DNA of 64,000 nucleotides from an uncultured Polaribacter sp. (GCA_965367085.1 CBDUHF010000004.1:40996-104995), one strand, 5' to 3'. Shown: positions 39,612 through 48,982, numbered from the stretch's first letter. Numbers and translations: made by a program. The notes: a model not told the origin generated them from the sequence alone.

Positions 39612-40943
39612 TTAATCTAAAACCAACTCTCCTGAATAGAACTGTAATACTTTTGTTTTAAAAACATAATCATATTTAGAACTTATTAAAGACGCTTCTG
39701 CACTTACCAAACGATTTCTTACTTGGTCAAAATCGAACAAAGTCATTGCACCATAATTATATCTTTCTTGTGCATTCTTAAATGCTTCTTTTTGTGCTTC
39801 TAATGAAATTTTAGAAGCTTCAAAAGTTTTTAATGCAGATTTAACATCTAAAAAAGCTTGTTCTATAGTTTGCTTTAATTGTAGTTTTTCGCTTTCTAAT
39901 CTAGTTTCAGAAATTTCTCTATTAATGATAGATTTTGCTACATTATTTTTTGTTTGAAATCTATTAAAGATTGGAATATTTAAAGAAATACCTGCTCCGT
40001 ATTGAAATCTATCGCTTGTTTGAGAGAAAAAATCATCATTAAATCTTCCTGGTAATAAATTATTAAATTGATGATAATATGAAGTACCAGCACTTATGCT
40101 ATAACTTAATGTTGGTAAAAAAGCACCTTTTGAAATTTCAATATTTAAATCTGCATTTTCTATTGCTAATTTTGCTCTAGCAATTTCTGGCATATTATTT
40201 AAAGAACTATTGTAAACAGAATTTGAGTTTTTATATAATAAGTTTGCTGAAGGAGTGCCAACATCTATAGAAGCTATATCAAAACCTTCTACTGGTGTTT
40301 GTATTAATTGTGCTAAATTTAATAACGCAATATCTAAAGCATTCTCTTGCGTTATTACGGTTTGTAAGTTTGTTGCAGCTGTAGATTCTGTATTTAATAA
40401 TTCTCCTTTAGGAATTACTCCTGCATTAAACCTATTTTTTGCAGCTTCAATTTGCTTTTTACTAATATCAAACTGAACCTTAGCTACATTTAAATTTTCT
40501 TTTGCAAACAATACATTTAAATATCCATTAACTACAAATAAAGAAATGTCGTTTTCTATTTTTTCTAAATCTAACAAACTAGACTCTACACCTAATTGTG
40601 CTCGTTTAAAAGTATTTGTATTTCTATAACCATTAAAAATAATACCAGAACTATTTAATCCGAAAGAACCATTAAAGTTATTTGTGTTGGTTAAAACACC
40701 ACTACTGTTTGGTGATAAACCTGAATTAACACTACCGCTAGTAGAACCATTTAAATTTGGTAAAAAATTTCCTTTAGAAATATCTACATCTTTTTTAGCT
40801 AATTCTAGATTTAATTTATTTTGTTGAATTGAAATATTTTTTTCTAATGCCTGATCAACACACTCTCTAAGAGTCCATTGTTTTTGAGAAAAAGTTGTTA
40901 TTGATGTTAATACAACGATTGCCAGTAAAAGTTTAGTTTTCAA
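39612..40943 (-). CDS. TolC-family outer membrane efflux protein
   Basis: 443 aa with a signal peptide. It has the two-repeat alpha/beta pattern typical of TolC (…LNLELAKKDVDISKGNFLPNL… / …AIENADLNIEISKGAFLPTL…). Confidence 0.8.
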   Translation of the reverse strand: MKTKLLLAIVVLTSITTFSQKQWTLRECVDQALEKNISIQQNKLNLELAKKDVDISKGNFLPNLNGSTSGSVNSGLSPNSSGVLTNTNNFNGSFGLNSSGIIFNGYRNTNTFKRAQLGVESSLLDLEKIENDISLFVVNGYLNVLFAKENLNVAKVQFDISKKQIEAAKNRFNAGVIPKGELLNTESTAATNLQTVITQENALDIALLNLAQLIQTPVEGFDIASIDVGTPSANLLYKNSNSVYNSSLNNMPEIARAKLAIENADLNIEISKGAFLPTLSYSISAGTSYYHQFNNLLPGRFNDDFFSQTSDRFQYGAGISLNIPIFNRFQTKNNVAKSIINREISETRLESEKLQLKQTIEQAFLDVKSALKTFEASKISLEAQKEAFKNAQERYNYGAMTLFDFDQVRNRLVSAEASLISSKYDYVFKTKVLQFYSGELVLD

Positions 40944-41113
40944 AATCTTAAATTTTATAATTTCAATAATTAGTTTTAAATGATAATACTAAAAGAAAAA
41001 AAAATAATACCAACTAGTAATCAAACAGTTACATCAATTAAATATTTAATACTACTATTTATTAATCAGTGTTAAAAATTCTATCTTCTGATAGTTTTAA
41101 TAAGACGATTAAA

Positions 41114-41139
41114 AGTAAAATATGTTACACTATTTTACT
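41114..41139 (-). terminator. Weak AT-rich hairpin after the oxidase-accessory cluster
   Basis: Stem AGTAAAATA / TATTTTACT just downstream of the stop at 41152. The T tail is poor. Confidence 0.3.
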
Positions 41140-41151
41140 CTTATTGAAATG

Positions 41152-41373
41152 TTAATTTTTAGCTTTCTTTTTGTACCTATAAATTACATAGAATAATACA
41201 CCAATTAGAAGGTAAGGAAAAACCATTAAATAGGTAATTCCGTTGTTTACTCCTTCAGCCATAGAAGCATCTCCATTTTCAACAACAGCTTTACACATTG
41301 CACATTGAGAAAATGTGGTTTTAGATGTAAAAACCATCAGTAAAAAGATAAAAAATAATTTATTTTTAAACAT
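41152..41373 (-). CDS. Small membrane protein with CxxC motif (unknown function)
   Basis: 73 aa. It has a signal-like N-terminus, QCAMCKA, one C-terminal helix and a KKKAKN tail. It overlaps the upstream DUF420 gene by 8 nt. Confidence 0.55.
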   Translation of the reverse strand: MFKNKLFFIFLLMVFTSKTTFSQCAMCKAVVENGDASMAEGVNNGITYLMVFPYLLIGVLFYVIYRYKKKAKN

Positions 41374-41905
41374 AATATGGAGATATCATTAAATAAACTA
41401 CAACACCAGTAATTGCAACATATAACCACAAAGGAAATGTAATTTTTGCTATTTTTTTATGTTCTGGAAATTTACCTAATTTAGCTCTCATATAGGTTGT
41501 TAACACAAAAGGAATAACAATTATTGATAAAACAATATGAGTAAATAAAATAAAATAATAGATATATCTTATAGCTCCTTCGCCACCAAATTTTGTAGAA
41601 TCAGATGTCATATGATAGGCGATATAAAGTAATAAAAACACTAAAGAACAACCAATAGCAAAAGTATTTAATTGTTCATGCAATTTTCTATTTCCTTTTT
41701 TTATAGATACAACAGAAGCTATTAAAACGATAGCAGTTATTGCATTTATTGATGCATAAATTGGAGGTAAAAAAGTTAAAGGTGCTACATTAAAACCTAA
41801 ATCTTTTAAATTTACTCCAAACAAAGCAGCCACAGCCAAAGGAATAATGATTGATAATGCTGTAATTATTTTCTTGTATTTTTTTTCTTGTGATATATTA
41901 CTCAT
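41366..41905 (-). CDS. DUF420 (CtaM-like) membrane protein
   Basis: 179 aa with 4-5 helices, located in the cytochrome oxidase accessory cluster. It overlaps the SCO gene by 8 nt. Confidence 0.6.
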   Translation of the reverse strand: MSNISQEKKYKKIITALSIIIPLAVAALFGVNLKDLGFNVAPLTFLPPIYASINAITAIVLIASVVSIKKGNRKLHEQLNTFAIGCSLVFLLLYIAYHMTSDSTKFGGEGAIRYIYYFILFTHIVLSIIVIPFVLTTYMRAKLGKFPEHKKIAKITFPLWLYVAITGVVVYLMISPYYV

Positions 41906-42545
41906 TCAACAAAATTTTAATGTCTTCTTTTAATTCTTTTATCTGATCTTCAAATCCATGTTCTTCTAAAGCTCTGTAGTATAAAATAGGGTTTCCATGT
42001 TCATCTTTTCTAGAACGAATAATACCATCTTTATCTACTAAGGCAAATAAACCTGAATGCTCAAAACCTCCATGATTTTCTTCCCCTTTTCCTACAAATA
42101 ATTTAAAACCTTTATTAGACAATGCATACACAATGTCTTCAGATTTACCTGTAAGGAGGTTCCAATTAGGATGTGTAATTTTATATGTATTAGCGTATTC
42201 TTTAAGAATTTCTGGAGTATCTATTTCTGGTGTTATAGAAATAGAAGCAATTCCAAAATTTGGATTTCCAAAAAACTCATCTTGAATTGTTACCATTTTC
42301 TGGTTCATTATTGGGCAAATAGTTGGACACGTTGTAAAAAAGAATTCTACAACATAGACTTTACCTTCATAACTTTTATTGGTAATAGTTTTTCCATTCT
42401 GGTTTGTAAACTCAAAATCTGGAACTTTATTAAAAGCATGTAATTTTTCTGAACCTTTAAAGCGTTCAACAACTTTAGGAATTGTGTAAATTCCGAATAA
42501 CAAGATGATGAAAGCTACTCCTACGTAAGAATATTTTTTATTCAT
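41898..42545 (-). CDS. SCO1/SenC family copper chaperone (thioredoxin fold)
   Basis: It has an N-terminal anchor, the CxxxC motif FFFTTCPTICP and a downstream His (GGFEHSGLFALVD). Confidence 0.85.
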   Translation of the reverse strand: MNKKYSYVGVAFIILLFGIYTIPKVVERFKGSEKLHAFNKVPDFEFTNQNGKTITNKSYEGKVYVVEFFFTTCPTICPIMNQKMVTIQDEFFGNPNFGIASISITPEIDTPEILKEYANTYKITHPNWNLLTGKSEDIVYALSNKGFKLFVGKGEENHGGFEHSGLFALVDKDGIIRSRKDEHGNPILYYRALEEHGFEDQIKELKEDIKILLNE

Positions 42546-42550
42546 TGTTT

Positions 42551-43201
42551 TTAGATTTCTCTATCTGCGTTGTTCTTTTTTAAAGCTAATCTATATTCTG
42601 CTAAAACAACTTTTAAATCATCTTTCATTTTGTTGTTTAGTTCAGCTACAGAATTCATGTTATACCCAAAAAGTTTACCATCTTTAGCATCTTCATCATC
42701 AGTTCTACCTCTTAAACCTCCTTCTCTATCAATTATAAAAGCTTTAGAGCTATAATAATTAGTTAGTGGTTCTTCTACCTTAAAACTAGCATAAAAAGCA
42801 TCTATCTCTTCTTTAGAGCTGGCAACAAACTTCCATTTTACCATATCTGTAAAATTGCTTATTTCTTTTTTAAGCTCAATTACTTCTTGATCTTTTCCTT
42901 TAGGATAAATAGCAATTATCTGAAAATCTTTAAATCCATAAAAGGGTTTATATATTTTCTGATTTAAATTGAATAATCCTCCTTTTATCGCTTCTATATC
43001 ATCTCCTAAAAAACATACAATAGAAATTTTATTTTCTAACGTAGTTGTTTTTGTACTATCTATTAGAGAAACATCAGTAATATTTTTGGTTACTACTGGT
43101 AATTTAGCAAAATTATTTACTCCTTGTTGTAATGCCAAATAGAACATTAAAGGAAAAATAAAAAGCAAAAAAAGGACAACTCTTTTTTTAGATATTTTCA
43201 T
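42551..43201 (-). CDS. SCO-like thioredoxin-fold paralog lacking the Cu-binding CxxxC/His
   Basis: It aligns by eye with the adjacent SCO: ISIVCFLGDD vs VYVVEFFFTTCPTICP, SSKAFIIDREGGLRGR vs HSGLFALVDKDGIIRSR, and a similar C-terminal helix. Confidence 0.55.
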   Translation of the reverse strand: MKISKKRVVLFLLFIFPLMFYLALQQGVNNFAKLPVVTKNITDVSLIDSTKTTTLENKISIVCFLGDDIEAIKGGLFNLNQKIYKPFYGFKDFQIIAIYPKGKDQEVIELKKEISNFTDMVKWKFVASSKEEIDAFYASFKVEEPLTNYYSSKAFIIDREGGLRGRTDDEDAKDGKLFGYNMNSVAELNNKMKDDLKVVLAEYRLALKKNNADREI

Positions 43202-43212
43202 GATTGTTTTAT

Positions 43213-43242
43213 ATAAAAAAAGGTGGTTAAAAAAACCACCTT
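43213..43242 (-). terminator. Rho-independent terminator inside the oxidase cluster (after subunit IV gene)
   Basis: Stem AAGGTGGTT / AACCACCTT with loop AAAAA, followed by a T run on the - strand. Confidence 0.7.
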
Positions 43243-43255
43243 ATTATTTTTTAGA

Positions 43256-43594
43256 TTACCATCTTACAAGTGGCGCTAGTGTACTGTGTAAATAATCTCC
43301 TTCTATTAAAAGTAAGGTTACTAAGTAACAGATTAAGAATACTGCTGTCCAAACAACAGCACGTCTAAACCATTTTTTCTCACCTTCCATGTGCATAAAA
43401 GCCCAAGTAATTCCATAAGCTTTAAAAAGTGTTAGAATGATAAAAATCCAGTTTAATGGACTAGTTCCTAAAAAACTAGTAAGGTGTAATGATGCTGGTT
43501 TGTATATACCTAATATTACTTCTACAATTGTAATAGCAGATAATATCCAGAATACGTTCCAAATTCTTTTTGTATGTGATTGTGCGTGTGCCAT
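43256..43594 (-). CDS. Cytochrome c oxidase subunit IV family protein
   Basis: 112 aa with three helices, directly downstream of the subunit III genes. Confidence 0.6.
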   Translation of the reverse strand: MAHAQSHTKRIWNVFWILSAITIVEVILGIYKPASLHLTSFLGTSPLNWIFIILTLFKAYGITWAFMHMEGEKKWFRRAVVWTAVFLICYLVTLLLIEGDYLHSTLAPLVRW

Positions 43595-43614
43595 TTTTTA
43601 ATGCTATTTTATAA

Positions 43615-44595
43615 TTAAACTAAGTAGAAGAAAGTAAATACAAATACCCAAACTAAATCTACAAAGTGCCAATATAATCCCACTTTTTCAACCATTTCAT
43701 AATGCCCTCTACGTTCGTAAGTACCTAAAATAACATTAAAGAAAATGATAATATTAATTATGATTCCTGATAATACGTGAAAACCATGGAAACCTGTTAT
43801 GAAGAAAAAGAAATCTGCAAAAATGGTATTACCATATTCATTAACTTCTAAATTAGCTCCTTCTACAACCATTTTTGTTTTTGCTAAAGCAGCAGCACCT
43901 GCTTCTCTAGAAAGAATTACTTTGCTTTTTTCATCAGCATTTATAAGCTCAGACTTTATTTGAATTGCCGGATTTGCATTATAAGAAGTAATTATTTGAT
44001 CTATTGAATATGTTGAAATTGTTCCTTCTTTCTCAAACCATAAACCATTTTTTCTTGTATGTTGCTCTCTTACATCTGTTCTTTCTCCAACAACAAAATC
44101 TGATAACGCTATTTGATGGCCATCTTTTACAAATTGTAAAACTTTACCATCTGTAGTTTTAACAGCTCCATAAGAACCTTTAATAAAAGTATTCCATTCC
44201 CAAGCTTGAGAACCTAAAAAGATTAAACCTCCTATAATAGTTAAAAACATATAGATTGTTACTTTCTTCTTATTCATATGATGACCTGCATCTACAGCCA
44301 AAACCATAGTTACAGATGATGCAATTAGGACAAATGTCATAAATGCAACGTAAATCATTGGATAATTACCGTGGAAAAAAGGAATGTGTGTAAAAACCTC
44401 ATCGGCAATAGGCCAAGAATCTATAAATTTAAAACGTGTTAAACCATAAGCCGCCAAAAAAGCTGAAAAGGTTAATGCATCTGATACGATAAAAAACCAC
44501 ATCATCATTTTACCATAACTTGCGCCAAATGGTTTTACACCACCTCCGCCCCAAGTTTCTTTTTTGTTAGAAGGTATAGCAATCTTTGCTTCCAT
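43615..44595 (-). CDS. Heme-copper oxidase subunit III family protein (long form with soluble insertion)
   Basis: The C-terminal subunit III signature GLYWHFVDLVWVFVF is present. A hydrophilic segment of about 115 aa lies between helices. Confidence 0.8.
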   Translation of the reverse strand: MEAKIAIPSNKKETWGGGGVKPFGASYGKMMMWFFIVSDALTFSAFLAAYGLTRFKFIDSWPIADEVFTHIPFFHGNYPMIYVAFMTFVLIASSVTMVLAVDAGHHMNKKKVTIYMFLTIIGGLIFLGSQAWEWNTFIKGSYGAVKTTDGKVLQFVKDGHQIALSDFVVGERTDVREQHTRKNGLWFEKEGTISTYSIDQIITSYNANPAIQIKSELINADEKSKVILSREAGAAALAKTKMVVEGANLEVNEYGNTIFADFFFFITGFHGFHVLSGIIINIIIFFNVILGTYERRGHYEMVEKVGLYWHFVDLVWVFVFTFFYLV

Positions 44596-44649
44596 AAATA
44601 TTCTATGTTAATTATTCTTAGTTAGTTTGCCAAAATTAAACATTTTTCA

Positions 44650-45237
44650 TCACCTAATAAAATAGAAAAAGAAAAATAGATAAATCCATAATATATCTAC
44701 AAAGTGCCAGAAGATTGCACCGAGTTCAAACCCTAGTAAATCATCTGATTTATATTTGTATTTAAAATGATTATAAATAACAACTAAAAGTACAACTAAG
44801 CCTGCAAATAGGTGTAAAACGTGCATAAACGTTATACCTATTATAAATGAAGTTGACACTGTGCTTTCTGGTCCTGTAAAAAATAAACCTACACTTTTTA
44901 GTTGATTAAAGCCAACATATTGTTGCCATACAAATCCAATTCCTAACAATAATGTTGCTACTGAAAGTAATAAAGAGAGTTGTCTTTTATTGTTTTTTAA
45001 GAATTTTTGAGCTAAAAAAAGCGTAATACTACTTCCAATAATCAAAAAAGTACTAATATAAAAAGCTTGAGGTAAATCAAAAGAAACCCAATCATCACGT
45101 TTCATACTAATTACATACGCACTTGTTAATCCTGCAAAAAACATAACCATACTAATCATAGAAACCCACAACATTGGTTTTGCTGATTTCCTTTTAGCAA
45201 CGGTTAATTCTTTTTGTAATGTTTCTTCGTTTATCAT
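44650..45237 (-). CDS. Heme-copper oxidase subunit III family protein (short form)
   Basis: 195 aa with five helices and AIFWHFVDILWIYLF. Confidence 0.8.
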   Translation of the reverse strand: MINEETLQKELTVAKRKSAKPMLWVSMISMVMFFAGLTSAYVISMKRDDWVSFDLPQAFYISTFLIIGSSITLFLAQKFLKNNKRQLSLLLSVATLLLGIGFVWQQYVGFNQLKSVGLFFTGPESTVSTSFIIGITFMHVLHLFAGLVVLLVVIYNHFKYKYKSDDLLGFELGAIFWHFVDILWIYLFFFFYFIR

Positions 45238-45240
45238 TGT

Positions 45241-46143
45241 TTAATGTAAAAATTTATCTACAACGTATATAATTTGTACTAATGTTATGTATAAAACACT
45301 AGATAACATTAGTTTTCTTGCATCTACGTTTTCTTCACTTTTGTGTAATTTAAGTCCATAATACAACATAATTAATCCTAAAAAGGCAATAATTACTGCT
45401 GTTAATGGATAAATATAAAATGCTCCAGATACTTTAAAAACAGGTGCAATTGAAACTACAATCATAATTATTGTATAAAAAATGATTTGTTTTACCGCTC
45501 CTTTATCTTTAGTATTCATTGGCATCATATTGAAACCTGCTTTTTTATACTCCTCAAATTGTAACCAACCAATTGCCCAAAAATGAGGAAATTGCCAAAA
45601 AAATTGAATCATGAATAAAAACCCTGCTTCTAAACCAAAATTATTTGTTGCAGCAACCCAACCTAACATAAAAGGAATTGCCCCAGGAATTGCACCAACA
45701 AAAACTGATAAAGGTGTAACGGCTTTTAATGGAGTATAAACACTTGTATATAAAAATATAGAAATAGCACCAAACAATGCTGTTTTTGGATTGATAATAT
45801 ATAAAATTGTTAAACCTGAAATTGTAAACAAGATTGCTATTGCTAAAGCTGTATTAACAGACATTCTCTCTGTAGGCAAAGGTCTATTTTGTGTACGTTT
45901 CATAATAGCGTCTGTGTCTTTTTCTATAATTTGATTAAATGCATTAGAAGCACCAACCATAAAAAAACCACCAATAGCTAATAAAAATAAGATGAAATAA
46001 TTAATAGATTCTACTGCTAATAAATATCCTGCAACAGAAGAAAACACTACACTTAAAGACAGTCCAACTTTAGTAAGTTGCTTTAAGTCTGAAATTATAG
46101 TATGCATAGATGTTTTATTGTCTGTAATAACTGTTGTACTCAT
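45241..46143 (-). CDS. cyoE: Protoheme IX farnesyltransferase (heme O synthase)
   Basis: UbiA-family motifs are present (NQIIEKDTDAIMKRTQNRPLP). The ORF-track TTG at 46164 lies inside a -7 promoter box, so the ATG at 46143 (MSTTVITD...) is preferred. Confidence 0.9.
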   Translation of the reverse strand: MSTTVITDNKTSMHTIISDLKQLTKVGLSLSVVFSSVAGYLLAVESINYFILFLLAIGGFFMVGASNAFNQIIEKDTDAIMKRTQNRPLPTERMSVNTALAIAILFTISGLTILYIINPKTALFGAISIFLYTSVYTPLKAVTPLSVFVGAIPGAIPFMLGWVAATNNFGLEAGFLFMIQFFWQFPHFWAIGWLQFEEYKKAGFNMMPMNTKDKGAVKQIIFYTIIMIVVSIAPVFKVSGAFYIYPLTAVIIAFLGLIMLYYGLKLHKSEENVDARKLMLSSVLYITLVQIIYVVDKFLH

Positions 46144-46161
46144 TTTATCACAATTCGGCTG

Positions 46162-46169
46162 CAAAGATA
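46162..46169 (-). promoter_or_regulatory. -7 promoter box (TATCTTTG on - strand) for the cyoE-cox cluster
   Basis: CAAAGATA on the + strand, 18 nt upstream of ATG 46143. Confidence 0.4.
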
Positions 46170-46214
46170 TTTGATAATTATGAATTTACCACACATTTTA
46201 ATAGTTATTGAGTT

Positions 46215-46247
46215 AAAATAAAAAACCCACTCAATAAATTGAGTGGG
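46215..46247 (-). terminator. Rho-independent terminator after RemB-like gene
   Basis: 10-bp stem CCCACTCAAT / ATTGAGTGGG, followed by a T run on the - strand. Confidence 0.75.
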
Positions 46248-46343
46248 AAATTGCTATGAAAAAGAAAAAGTGTGATCTATGAAAATCACGCTGTAAATAT
46301 ATATATAAATATTTTACTTTCTCTTAATGAATTTATAAAATTT

Positions 46344-48407
46344 TTAAAAATCGAAATACCAATTAAATAAATCTGCTTTAACCCCAACAGATAACCAAAT
46401 ATTATTTCCTTCTGGAAAACCTATTAAAGAAACTTCTGGAGAAAATTTTCTATACGATAATCCTCCAAATAGATTTAGATTATTAGAAGGGTTTATTAAG
46501 TAGTTTGCTTGAAAATCTGCAATAAAAATATTTGCAGTATTACCTTGTGCAAGTTCATTTCCTGTATCTCCAAATCTATCTTCATAAGATTGATAAATAT
46601 CTCCACCATAACTTACAACTTGGTCTTGTAGATCAAATCCTTTTTTTCCAAGTGTTATTTTAGCACTTCCACTCCATCTATCTTTTTTATATCTGGCTAT
46701 TGCAATTGCTTCCCAAAAATTTGCACCCCATAAATGTCCTAAAGGTTGGCTATAGTTTCCATAATTTAAAACGGGTGATTTATGAGCAAATGTATATGGT
46801 CTTGCATAATTATATTCTAATTGTAAATAAAGGTTCTCAATTTCGAAAGCATCAAAATATTTTGCTCCAAATTGGTAAGCAAATTTATTTTCCCATTTTC
46901 CTAAATCATTTAAGTTTCCTACAGAAAATTCATCAATAACTAATTGAGAGTATAAAGAAACATTATCGTTCAACTTATATTTACCTGTTAAACCAACAAG
47001 TGCATTACCAGCGTCTTCACCTCTATTAAACTCTACAGATCTATAAAAAATTATAGGATTTAAAAAACCAGCATCAAAACCTTGCTCACCCGTTGAGATT
47101 GCAGTTTCGAAAAAACCAATATTTAGTTTATTTGTTAAGTTGAGACTTAAATAATGTGCTGCAACGTATTTTCTTGCATGTTCATTTGGATTAGAAGCTG
47201 CACTTAAAGAAGGTTCTGTGTTCCACATCCAAACGTTAGTATATTGAAATTTCCAAAAATCAACCTTCATTTTTAAATATGTAGTTGGAGAAGAAACATC
47301 TGAAAGTATAAATGATCGATATCCATCTCCAATAAAGTTTTTACCGTTACCGAATTGAAACTGCATAAACTGATTTGGTTTATATGACAAATATCCTTCT
47401 GCAACAGGATAATCATGAGAATCTGTTTTAAATCCTTTAGATTTTCCTCTTCCAGGAACCAATCCTTCAGAATTTTTTGGTCTTACATTTAAAGCAGGAT
47501 TTTCGATATAACTATTTATATAATCTGCAAATCTTGCCTGACTTTCGTAAATCGTAGCTGAGTAAGAAAGTTTATCGCCTAAACCTCCATTTACAGTAAC
47601 AATTCTAGAATTATTATATGTATATGTTTGGTTTGAGTTATCTTTTCCAAATTGAACATCAACTAAAAAATCTAACGTAAACCAGTAATCTTCTTTCTTA
47701 ACTTGAAGCAAATGTTCATTCCATATTTTATTACCTACCCAGGTTTTCATTTGGGGTTTTAAAAATTTCTTTTTTTCTTCAGTAAGATTGTAATATTTAT
47801 TTACATCACTATAAATATATGGTTTAGAAGCTGTATGAGTTCCATTAGCTTTGTGCATAGCAAAATCATAATCTACATATTTTTGATGCGTAAACGGAAT
47901 ATTTAACTGGCTATTATGTTCTAAGAAAGTAGAGTCTGCTATTCTATTTTTTTCTACGGTAACAAATAAATCTTCTTTTGGTTTTGAAGTTTTAGTTATT
48001 CCGCTTTCAATTATATTTTTATCAATAGGAAATGTAATTGGAATTTCAAATGTCATTTCTATAGGATGATTATTATACCAACCTGGAGTTACTCTTGGAA
48101 ATATTTTAAAAGCTCTTTCTACTTCTTTTCTTACTTCTACATAAGGTGAGTTTACGTAAATTAACTTAAAGTCTCCTTTATTAGTAACCACAAAAATAGC
48201 ATTTGCAGTTCCTTTAAAGTTTTCATTTTCTACAATAGCTGGTGTCTTAAACTCTGCAAAAAAATGTTTTTTTGTGGTTGATAAAAAGCAGTCTTCCATA
48301 GAACTAATTTCAGATCCTTTACACACATCAAAAACGGGAAATTTTTCTGTTTGTGACAACATTATTGAAGGAAACAATAAAACTACTAGTAAATATTTTT
48401 TAATCAT
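46344..48407 (-). CDS. Outer-membrane beta-barrel protein (RemB / Wzi-like) with N-terminal TonB-C-like module
   Basis: 687 aa with a signal peptide. The N-terminal FPVFDVCKG...EDCF...IPITF module is homologous to the C-termini of the three TonB-like proteins. The long beta-rich C-terminal part ends ...NWYFDF. The RemB name is recalled from flavobacterial annotation and is not verified. Confidence 0.55.
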   Translation of the reverse strand: MIKKYLLVVLLFPSIMLSQTEKFPVFDVCKGSEISSMEDCFLSTTKKHFFAEFKTPAIVENENFKGTANAIFVVTNKGDFKLIYVNSPYVEVRKEVERAFKIFPRVTPGWYNNHPIEMTFEIPITFPIDKNIIESGITKTSKPKEDLFVTVEKNRIADSTFLEHNSQLNIPFTHQKYVDYDFAMHKANGTHTASKPYIYSDVNKYYNLTEEKKKFLKPQMKTWVGNKIWNEHLLQVKKEDYWFTLDFLVDVQFGKDNSNQTYTYNNSRIVTVNGGLGDKLSYSATIYESQARFADYINSYIENPALNVRPKNSEGLVPGRGKSKGFKTDSHDYPVAEGYLSYKPNQFMQFQFGNGKNFIGDGYRSFILSDVSSPTTYLKMKVDFWKFQYTNVWMWNTEPSLSAASNPNEHARKYVAAHYLSLNLTNKLNIGFFETAISTGEQGFDAGFLNPIIFYRSVEFNRGEDAGNALVGLTGKYKLNDNVSLYSQLVIDEFSVGNLNDLGKWENKFAYQFGAKYFDAFEIENLYLQLEYNYARPYTFAHKSPVLNYGNYSQPLGHLWGANFWEAIAIARYKKDRWSGSAKITLGKKGFDLQDQVVSYGGDIYQSYEDRFGDTGNELAQGNTANIFIADFQANYLINPSNNLNLFGGLSYRKFSPEVSLIGFPEGNNIWLSVGVKADLFNWYFDF

Positions 48408-48408
48408 T

Positions 48409-48981
48409 CTATAATTTTAAAACGCTATTATTTTTTAATTGATATTCTTGCTTACTTTCTGTACAAGTTGCAAAACCATTTTCATTAAACTGTAATCTAT
48501 GTCCATATTCGCTAACCCAACCTATTTGTTTAGAAGGATTACCTACAACAAGAGCATAAGGTAATATTTCTTTTGTAACAACTGCTCCAGCTCCTACAAA
48601 AGCATATTCACCAATATTATTTCCACACACAATTGTTGCATTTGCACCAATACTTGCTCCTTTCTTTACAATTGTTTTTTGATATTCGTTTTTTCTTTTA
48701 ATTGCACTTCTTGGGTTTATAACGTTTGTAAAAACCATTGAAGGCCCAAGAAAAACATCATCTTCACAAATAACTCCTGTGTAAATTGAAACGTTATTTT
48801 GCACTTTTACGTTATTTCCTAAAACAACTTCTGGAGAAACTACAACATTTTGACCAATATTGCACGCTTTTCCAATGACACAATTAGACATAATATGACT
48901 AAAATGCCAGATTTTAGTTTCTTCTCCAATACTGCAATCTTTATCTATTACAGCTGTTTCATGTGCAAAATAATTTATCAA
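48409..48981 (-). CDS. Left-handed beta-helix N-acetyltransferase (WbpD/WlbB-like)
   Basis: 190 aa with hexapeptide repeats throughout (IGEETKIWHFSHI, IGKACNIGQNVVV, IGANATIVCGNNIG). Confidence 0.8.
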   Translation of the reverse strand: MINYFAHETAVIDKDCSIGEETKIWHFSHIMSNCVIGKACNIGQNVVVSPEVVLGNNVKVQNNVSIYTGVICEDDVFLGPSMVFTNVINPRSAIKRKNEYQKTIVKKGASIGANATIVCGNNIGEYAFVGAGAVVTKEILPYALVVGNPSKQIGWVSEYGHRLQFNENGFATCTESKQEYQLKNNSVLKL

Positions 48982-48982
48982 A

